A stretch of DNA of 58,282 nucleotides, counting the filler, from Sphacelaria rigidula (Eukaryota): the NCBI GenBank assembly GCA_964200075.2. It is 5 parts of 5 records of this genome, joined end to end, with 100 filler letters (N's around TTAATTAATTAA, not from the genome) between each part and the next. Parts side by side here need not be neighbours in the genome. Positions count along the whole stretch, not along the records: positions 46,708 to 58,282 come from CAXNAA020004759.1; 4 more parts are not named here. One strand, written 5' to 3'. The notes under the pieces were generated by a model. That model searched no databases. It was not told the DNA's origin and saw only the letters and a program-made list of their open reading frames with translations. The position numbers were made by a program, and so were the translations under genes. This document shows, piece by piece, positions 48,633 through 58,282 of the stretch (its first letter is position 1; every line of letters starts with the position of its first letter).

Positions 48633-51600
48633 GGCCACTATGCTGCTCACCAACGGCGAGCCTTCGGACTTCCACCGTGCGTTCTTGGGGAAGAAAGCAC
48701 GATCTATTACAGCTGCGGTTCTCAAGGTGTTCTGGCAAAGCGCAAAAGGGAGTTTGCACCACGCTTGCTGCGTGTTGGACTATCTCCTGAGATCCTACGC
48801 CGACGAGGTATGCGAAGGCATCACAGTTCTTACGCACCTTGGCATGGTGTGCTATCGGTTGAGCGAAAAGAAACCGTGATCGGCATGCGCTACAATCTTC
48901 TTGCACCCTCGCTGACAAGTGCTGCTGTCTCCCAAACGATGGGCACCAGGTGTTCGAAACGTTGGGAAAAAATCGCGAGTCCTTGGAGCGGCATTTGGGG
49001 CCAATGCTGCGATGGGCGGAGTACGCACCGGTCTCAGAGACTATGGTCAAGATTCTGACATTGCCGTCAGTCGCTGTTGGTGCAGCTGCTTCATATCAGG
49101 TGAGCGCAATATCTCCAGAAATGGAATATGCAACTTGTTCGGTGACGTGAACCGTCCACCATGCTACGGTGCGCAGAATTGGAGGATTCCGTCGATCATC
49201 CGTTCGTCGTTGCGTGACTCGCCTGTTCGTCGCCACGTTCCTCGATGACGTCGATTCGCAGGCATCGGCACCCAGCAAATGGAAGCTGTATTCTGGTTTG
49301 GCAGACTGGCGATTTTTGCTCCGTGTAGCCGAGAACATCTTCGATCGAAAATGCTCTGACGCACATGCATCTGCGTGCTCAGATCTTCTTCTTGAGGTAC
49401 GCTATATGTATGCTATTGATGAAAAGCTGGTGGTCCGTCGATACCCCCTGTACTCGTGACTTCGAATATATGGGCGTCGGATAGACTCAGGAGATATCCT
49501 GTGCACGATGTTGTCGCCCAGAGTACTTGCCGCTTGGACTATGTGTTGGTGTTGCTGTCCAGCTGTGCGCAGTCGGGTTCGTTCCGTTGTCGGCTATACA
49601 GGAAACGAGGGAAATACTTTGCTGTCCTGTCCGTTTTAGTTTTCACAGTACCATTCGTCTCGGGCCCCTGCTTTTGCTCTCGCTTTCACTTGAGGAGCAC
49701 GTCGACCATTCATTTCCTCCGCATGATCAAAATGTATTCGTTCGTACGTACCGATGAAGCGCTCGTGTACATACGTCAATGCTTACTCTTCTAGTGTGCA
49801 CAGTACATGCACAGGTGCTCCACGCCGCTTGTCCAGGTCTCCGGGGCACATGGTACATGAAGGCGATTTTTTTCGCCTTTTTCCGACCATCTTTTCCCTC
49901 AACAACCACGTTCCAGTGGAAGCGGTTGCAACGGACGCTCAAAAGACGTTGCATGTTGTGGGGTAGCCAAGATAGAAACTGAAAATTGATTAGTTCAGAT
50001 GACTTTTTAGGGCGTCCAAGAGACTAGAGCAAGCATGCCAGAAACATATTTCAAGGATGAAGTTCCAGCAACCTGGTTTTTCAAGCCGAAATTTAGGGCC
50101 AGTCTTGTGAGATGCCCTGGAATACGACCATCGTAGCCATTGTTTTTTATCTGAGATGCGCAACGCCTACCGAGAAGTACCGCAGCTAGGACGAACACTG
50201 GTATTGTATCACAAGTGTGTGTTACTGCCGTGATAGCAGTGCTGCCTGAGTTGATGGCGCGATCAAGGTATGGCACGTTGTAGAGCGCTTCATTTTCCTC
50301 GTGAAACTGTACTGGGAAAAACCAAAGTCGCTCAGTTTCGTAGTGGAAAGTCTGTTTTCATTCACTTCGCAGTACTTTTGTTTGCGACATAACGTACATC
50401 GGTTGTGATGGCACGTGTTTTTTTTCCCATCACTAGTGAGGAATCCAGGGTGATAGCATGTAGGATTTATCGTTTGTTGTCTGATGATCAATATAAAGCG
50501 CACTTCGCACGAAAATGTCACTGAAAAAACGTTTTTTTTTTCGTCTGTAGCATGTGGCTCCGTTGTAGGGGAAATGGGTCAGGTGCGCGGTCTAATGTCT
50601 GAGAGCGTGTCCGCTAAATCGGTCCGATACACTTGATACTCTACCCGGGGCAGTACCTTGATGTCATTTGCTTCACCATCCCTCCTTGTTCCGTATCTAC
50701 GTTGTCATCGTTCAAAATTTGCGCTGCAGGTGGTGGACAGGCTGTCATCAGATGACAATGGAGAGTTGTTGCTCCAACCCATTGGATATTGTAAAGAGCT
50801 CGTGGATGGGTTGGCATCCATGGCAGTTGACGAGGATCTGCCATTGGAGAGGCGGACAGACGGAGCGCGCGCGTTACTCGGAATAACGCACAAAGCTGCA
50901 GAGGACACCATTGTTTTCATGAACGCCCGCACGGTACGAGTTGTTGTCAGGTGTGAGGAGGGTCGGTACGAAGCTAACGCTTGAGCTATGAAACACCTTT
51001 CGGCAATATTCATTCGTCCTGTGTTGCACCAATCCTTCTCAACTCGTTTCCTGTCTCGTACGTGTCCGCTCAGTCCATGTATGACTCGCAGCCAACGACC
51101 ACTGTCGTGCCTAATCGACTGAAGTCGGTAAGGGATCTTTTGCATGAGCAACTGAGAGCTTGGCTACCTGAATTCTGCGTGGCGGTCACCAACTGCGACA
51201 AGTGGGCATCAGGTGCGACCAAGCGGTTACGCGCGTACGGATAGTATGGCGGGATCGAGTACAAATCACCCTTGATATACGCCTGCAGCTATGCGTGAAT
51301 CCTCCGTATTCGGCGGGTTGCGCACGTCGTGTAAGTTTGCTCTGAAGTGTGCGTGCAAGATCCTAACACATGCAAACCACCGTACATTTGCGGGCGTGCA
51401 GGGAATAAGGAGGCAGAAGCAGTGGCACATCCAGGATATCGTGTGAAGCAGCCATTCACGATGCTGAGATATGTATTGGTTGGTATCGTGGTCGAGATCG
51501 TAAACCGAGATCCTCAACAACTGGATGCACTGCCTGTGGAGCTCTGGAAGGTCTTGTGCGGCTGGTTTTTTCAATATCCCCACAATAACCTTTACCACGG

Positions 51601-53275
51601 TGTTTTCTACAAGCTTGTTTTTGCGGCGCTGAGGAGTAACAACGGGAACGCCCTGCGCATGGCTGTATCAAAAGGGCGACTGGTGGCCCGATTAATCGAC
51701 TCGCACGTCGGCGGTGACAAGGTGACCTAACGTTCGCTGTTTCGGATTGGCCACGAGAATTATCCCGATACTATGCTGTTGGAGTTGAAGCGATTGTGAC
51801 GCGGCAGCGAACTGTAGCGTGAAGTGAGCCTTTTGCGATGGCAAGTTGCTCAACGCTCACGTCACTCGCATCTCAATCCAGGCATGTATGTTTGATCATC
51901 CACTAATCCACCCTAGATATGCCGTGCGTATTGTCTGTGCCTGTAGAGTGCTGGCAACCGGGGATACGTGTTGCAGCTGTGCAATGCTATTCGATTACAG
52001 GCGGATGTAGTGCCGCCGACAGCGTTTTTGCGATCATACCTGAGCTCTCATGAGCAGTGGCGAAATTTCCTCGAAACTCTACGGCAAGACACTCTTCAAC
52101 AGCAGAATCCGGGACTGGGCTTCGAGGTGAGCCCGCTATGTTTTTGGTGGGTGGGTCATGAGGATTGACGCTGGTGTTGTTGCAAGTGCCGCGTGAATCA
52201 GAGGTCATACGGGTTGACGCCTCATGAATGTTTAGTTTGATTAATGTGCTATAAAGTCATCACGTATGAATCACAGATGATAGATTCATACGCCCGACGT
52301 AGTATTGCACCAATTATCATCATATGAACGGATCATCCTAGTGCAAATCACTGGTGAAAAAAATGTCAAGTTGATTCATCCCGCACGATTCGCGAGTGAG
52401 AAATATATATATGATTCATGCGGTATGAATGACAGCTGGGAATTATATCAGCTTGATTTCATGCCGTATGAATCACAGGTGGGAAGAACGTGCTTTGGAC
52501 GGTGAACCCGCATGAATGGCATGCGGAAATATGTACGTTTCATGTAGGTGTCGGACGAATCATGAGCCCAAAACATGTATCAATCAAAGCTTGTGTACGA
52601 ATCGTGTTGATTAATTCGTGCAAAATTTGAACATGGGACGAATCACGATTTTATTCACCCAATCCTTGTAGTGTCGTGCTCCATGGTACAAAGGCAATGG
52701 CGCGATTGATGGTTGACCGAGGGCGCCCTGTCTTTCGTGTCATGATCGGAATAGGTGCCGACGATGCCCAGATATTCCACGGATGGATCTGAGCCGCTTC
52801 AAAACCAACTAGGAGCAACAAGACTTCCAGAGGATTGCGGCATTGATCATGGGTGAGAAAATGCACATGACTACGTGGGCGTCGGCTTTTCCCCTATAGC
52901 TACAGAATGAATAGTGTTGACCTGACCTGCCTTTAGAACGTGCGTTCTGGTGCGCCATTCGTCGGCGATAACGTGCGTGTTTTGAAGCAGACGTTCAGAT
53001 CGACATACGTCCTTCCTCTTTTCAGGTCCGCGTATGCAAGAGCCCTAGGCTTCGAAAACGACGTCGTGTGGGTCGCGGATGACGCGGCGATAGTGCGGAA
53101 AACGAGGAGAAAAAAGAAGAAGAAGAAGAAAAAGAAGAAGGAAACTGCGGATGGAGAAATGAGAGACGATGAGGGCGAAAATGAAGGGCCGGCGCAATTG
53201 GACGAAATTTGTAGTGTTGAACATGTCAGTGTGGAGGTCGACGGAGATGGCGAGGGTGGTACCCCGGATGGATGA
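48633..53275 (+). CDS. SAPS / SIT4-PP6 phosphatase regulatory subunit-like protein; exons about 48633-48807, 48950-49099, 49262-49396, 50730-50933, 51074-51200, 51402-51721, 51947-52126, 52754-52851, 53026-53275; 5' exons unresolved
   Basis: Chain of GT-AG bounded exons; helical protein with WFFQYPHNNLYH (compare SAPS FF.YPWNNFLH) and GNRGYVLQLCNAI (compare GYMGHL..IAN); ends in poly-Lys and an acidic tail. Confidence 0.75.
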
Positions 53276-56200
53276 TGTTTGCTGGTTGTGTTGGATTTTC
53301 CTCATGTAAATCACTTTTACCTCCCGGGCATGTGCTGTTGGAGCCCGCGCGTAGTGTGCATCGTGTTCACTTGTCCTTGTGTCCTGTGTTTTTTGTGGAT
53401 GTCACCCGATGGGCGATCGTAGCTCCTGTGTACGACGTAGGTGTTAATTTCCCTGGCATCGGTCACCACGCTGAGGCCTCCTTCTGATGCTTCGCTGGTT
53501 TTTGTCAATGGACATGGTTTAGAGTAGAGGCCATAAACGAGGGCTGCGATTGTCGACCGATGCAAATTTCGGTCAACACAGCAATGTCAACTCCAATAGC
53601 CGAAGTAAACACAGCTAGCCGTATTAACGGGATCGAGAATGTTGAAGTGGACGTCTAGAAATCTGCTCTGACGAAGTATACTTGTCCGGCGTCTCGGTTT
53701 TACGGTACTACCGTGGAGAGTCTAACGGTCATGGCAGCATTTTTGTTTTTTGATGTAATTCGCCATGTGAGTGGAGAGCGTACACACCGAGTCTCGTATG
53801 CTTAATTGGCTCACCTGCTGACAGGGTTGAATGAACCAGTAATTTCTGGGTCTTGCTCACGACTGTTGATTCTTTCCCAAGGCGAGCCCTTTTTCTGCAG
53901 AGTAAAAGAAAGCGTGACACTCATATCATGCTGGTGCGGCACTCAGTGTGATGAGAGCGATGGTCGCTAGCTGTCAGCCGGCAAAATAGGGCTGAATTCG
54001 GCGCGGTGTTCGTGGTCATCACATTATTTCGACTGCTGCAGTGACTGTTGCTCTGCGGTCCAAGGTTCCGCAATGATGGGGGTGCTTCATTAGAATCCGT
54101 GTTCTCGCAGTCCACGATATCTATTTATTCGCGATTCTCCGATGCATACACTGATTCCACGTACAAATTCCGTCAAAGGTTTTGTGCAGACTTTTGAGAC
54201 AACCTCTCTCGTTGACAGATTTAACTTTCGATCGGGCGGGTATCGTCAAACAGTTAAGGCATCGTCACGAATTGTCATCCTTCATATGTGGTATGAACAT
54301 TTTTACTCCATACCCAATTATGTAAGGTGCCCTCCAGTTCGGAAGTATAAGTGCGCACAGTATCATGTAGGGCGTTATGAGATGTACAGCGGCAAGTTGT
54401 AGAGGATACCGGCCGTTCACTGAACATATGTTCTCCCAGGTTGTGGTGACAAACAGGGCATCAATGTACGGGAATCACTGACTTCGTGTTGCGTTTGTTC
54501 GGTTTTTATATCAAGCTTTCAGTATCCTTTCCTGTTTATTGATATGTCTTGGTTTCAAAATGTTGTGTATTTTGCAGGTGTGAACTTGTGTGGCTAGCGA
54601 CAGTAGCGGCGATGAACACCGATAACTCGGTGCACACTAGGTCTATTGACCCGAGTCTCTGAACGTCCTGTCTAATCACCTCCACATCTGAGACGCCGAT
54701 TTCAACCCTGTGCGGTATGGAGAGCGACAGGGGTTGTGTTACGGGCGATGCAGACCGTATCAGTATATAGGGGTTCTCGAAGGATGTAAGGAGCATAAAA
54801 GTAATTCAAAAGTTAGCAGAGAGATTCCCCTTTGTCTCGGAAACAAGCCTACCGAAGCAGCAGCAACAGATTCAGCAAGGTCTTGTCACCGTTAAATACA
54901 AGGTACCATCAGCCATCATCTTGGGGTTTTCTCCTTGTGCTTCCACTGCTTATTCAACGAACGCGATTCTAGACCTGATACAGGCGTGTCTCGAACTCCC
55001 ACGCTTCGTACTTGGGTGTGATGATTATCACACTGGGGTCCAGCCAGTCAAAACAGCGTACCCTGTTAACCCCCAGAGTGTCACGTGTCTGCGGACATCC
55101 AGAGCCCTCAAACCGTCATATGATGGTGACCAATCGGGGAATCGAACTCGGATTGCCACATACTCAAAGGTAGGCGGTATTTCGACTGGCTCGATATGGT
55201 GTCAGGATTCCGCTAGATCGGCAACGCGAATAAAACCCCAGCATGAAACCGCGTTCAGAGATGCGAAAGGACTAACAGGAAATTATGTTGCAACTAGTAC
55301 CCGTCAAGAATTTTTTCCCACGTTTCCAAGGATGCCCTGTTCACTTTACGAGCTCGCGAAGGCAAGGCCGGCACATGTCTGATTGTTTCGCTTGCAGCCG
55401 CTACCGGTTGATGAAGAACACCAATAGGCCATCTACACAGGGTATTCAGCTGGCTTGGCATCCTCATCACCAGCACTTCATGGGATGCATGTCTAGCCCT
55501 GCTCGTGGTGGTATTGCATGGTTGAATAATTGCAACTTTTCGGTCAACTTTGCCAAATGATTCTCGCATCGGCATCGCAAGAGTTTCTGGGCATGCATAT
55601 CAATAGCAGCAAATCAACGGCTGGTGACCAGCGCCTCTCAAGATCGCGGTCATTGCTGAAATACCTCGAACTTGCTCAGTCAAGGAACTACCCCGTTGAC
55701 CGATGTTCTTCGCAACAAGAACTTTGTATCCAAGCGGGCGCAGAAGCTGTGCATACCTTGGTGTCCTGCATACGATATAGCACTCAAGCCCGCGCCATCT
55801 TCATCGATGGCCCTGCCTTTTCCTGATGTGAACAGCTCCTTTGAACTGCAGGAGAAACACAAGACGCCTCTCAGTCACAGATCCTCCCGTACTGGTGCAC
55901 GTAGCGCATCTAGGGTATGAAAGTGTATGTCCGTAATGTGGGGATTCAAACATTTCAGACCGTAATTAGCCGGTCAGTGGGAAGCTTTGGCTTGTCAGTG
56001 ACTTTTCAGCTCTGACATAATATGTGAATAGTTGTCTGTAGCCATGATCTGTGCGGAGTGCTTTACGGGGGGGCGGGGGGGGCGGGGGGGTGTGGGGGGG
56101 GTGGGGGGACCCGAGTTCATCTCCAGATCTCCACCTCACGAATACTGCGGCGATTGATAGGTCACCAACAAACCGACCCCTTTTGGAATAGATACGAACG

Positions 56201-57346
56201 GATCTGGGAAGGGACGGAGGGGGAAAGCAGCAGAAGCAGTCAAAGTATCAAAGTTAGAGCATTTAAGATAGATGAGCAAGGAGTGATGTGATTCACAAGT
56301 TTAGGTGTCGAGTGCAAATCAATTTTTGGACGTTCCAAACAGGGTGATTACACTGTTTACGAAAACGACGTGGCCCTCTAATATGCCATCTTCCGAGCTC
56401 TTGCCCGACCGCTAATCACGCACATCGTTGGATTCAGTCGTACCGGTTTTAGACGAGACATTGTGACATGCCTACTTGTCGCACAGTGATACTTGAAAAC
56501 TGTTCCCCATGGATTTCACGTTCAAGGGCTTGGACGGAACCGGACAGAAAGGACGAGTGTGAAACACCGCAAAGGTATTTGCCAAAAGCTGTCACACGTC
56601 AAGAGCTCGGACGATTGGCCCAGCTTCGAGCAAAACCATAACAATCGCAGCATAAAAAACAGAAAACTATAACAAGATAATAGTGATCGAGGGAATGACA
56701 GAGAGCATCCACCAGACGGACCGTACTGGGGTGAGAAGCAAGTCATTCTAGTTTGGTACCATCAGAGAGTACACGCAAGGTCGCTTCCCTATAGCCCTTT
56801 TTTCTAGTAGACGGCTTATTTTTACTGGAGCCAAGGATCTGCCTGAAGAAGTTTTTTGGACGCATAGCGCCCCCTCCCGGGGGTCAATTTTTCGTAAATT
56901 GTTATGATTTTTTTTTCATCAAATATTGTTGAAGAAATGGATCAAGAAACACTGACAAAATCGGAAAGTCTGGTGGGCTTTGCGAGGTTCGTATATTTAC
57001 TTCTGCAGCTTGCCCACTTTGTCCCGACGACCTTGGATGCCGGCCACGCTCACACTCATGTATGCTCACGAACGCACGGTAGGGACAGCCTGTAGCCAAA
57101 GTAGCAACATTGTCTCACGCCTTGCCGACGAGCGGGGAAGCGGCCGCTCCAGAAGATACATCGGGGCCTTTGCCATTAGAGGAAGCTGCTCGGGATGAGC
57201 TTGGAGGGGAGTGGCGTGTCCGCTATCCCAGTGGTCTTCATGCCAAGTTTCTCTGTACACGGCAGCTGACCGCATCCGCCAACGCCTCGGCTGCACACTA
57301 GGGGACAGCAGGCTGGGTGTGTTCCCCCCCCCCCGCCCCCTCCTCA

Positions 57347-57541
57347 CGAGCCTGGCCCGGCGAAAACCCGGCGTGCTCCGTCCCGGCTTTGTAGGGATGC
57401 GAGGTCAATGGTTTGATGCCTATGGCATGCAAGATCATGAGTACACCCCCCCTCCTCAAATGCTCCGACTCGAAAGGGATGCGCGGTCAATGGTCGAACG
57501 ACTAAGGCAAGCAACAAAAAATGAGCACGCCCCCCCCCCCC
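57347..57541 (+). mobile_element. tandem family A (57347-57452) and family B (57461-57541) oligo(C)-ended insertions
   Basis: Target motif CCCCCTCCTC occurs at 57336, 57448 and 57537, bracketing each unit. Confidence 0.85.
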
Positions 57542-57611
57542 TCCTCGAAACTCAATTTTTCGATCGTGGGGCCTACGTGCTCAGAAATCATTTTTCGACA
57601 TACTTGAAAAT

Positions 57612-58180
57612 GTTTTCGTGAGATTGAGAGTAGAGGATACGATTAAGCGTGAAAAGCGGTCAATTAGGGAATGAATCGTTTCAGTTCCGAAATGCCCCTC
57701 CACGAGGCCCAATATTCTTCATGTAGTGTAGCTTGAGACTGAGGCCTGTAATATCCCTGAGAGGGATATCGACGTGTAGCTGTAAGCACATGGCAATGAT
57801 GAGATGGAAAAAAAGCACACACGGAATGAAAGATTGGCCAAGTTGAAGCGAATGATCAAAGCCATTCTCAATCTCACGAAAACGATGTTTTTTGCTGAAG
57901 CCGAGGTAAAGGATACATTTGAGAGTGAAAAGCGGTCGGTTAGTGGATGAATCATTTTAGTTCCGAAATACCCCTCCATGAGGCCCGATATGCTTTCTGT
58001 AGTAGCTTGCCACGGAAACCCTTGATATCCTCAAGTAGGATATCAACGTGCAGCTGTAAGTACACGCCAGTGATGGAGGCAAAGAAAAGCACACACGGCA
58101 TGTAAATTTCGCCAACTTAAAGCGCATGATCAAAGCAACTCTTAATCAGCACTATACTCTCAATCTAACGAAAACGTTGT
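57612..58180. mobile_element. two tandem diverged units of the 34162-34466 MITE family
   Basis: GTGAAAAGCGGTC...TGAATC.TTT.AGTTCCGAAAT.CCCCTCCA.GAGGCCC...CTCAATCT.ACGAAAACG occurs twice. Confidence 0.8.
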
Positions 58181-58282
58181 TACACGCAAAAGAATGCGAG
58201 CGTGGATTGATAAATGGTAGTAACAGCGGATCATCTATGTTGAGGATGGAGATTTTCATTGAGGATGAGAACCTGGAGGATT

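Overview
Eukaryotic, intron- and repeat-rich DNA, most consistent with a brown alga or related stramenopile (inferred from gene and intron style, not proven). The window is not one locus. It is five contigs of 11579, 11576, 11576, 11576 and 11575 bp joined by identical artificial linkers (44 N + TTAATTAATTAA + 44 N), so adjacency across linkers means nothing. Contig 1 is a decayed minus-strand Ty3/Gypsy retrotransposon (gag, PR, RT, RH, IN) whose integrase ends in a chromodomain-like module followed by a Tudor-like module. Contig 2 holds a very large protein kinase gene with a Tudor-like domain and a C-terminal pseudo-DSP-like region. Contig 3 holds four exons of a TLC/NTT ATP/ADP nucleotide transporter with TE-filled introns. 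Contig 4 holds exons of an unidentified low-complexity protein plus MITEs. Contig 5 holds a SAPS/PP6-regulatory-like gene. Dispersed repeats include a tRNA-derived SINE, several MITEs, and two related short elements that end in oligo(C) and sit in duplicated C/G-run targets. The best novelty candidates are the dual-reader integrase and the oligo(C)-ended retroposons.
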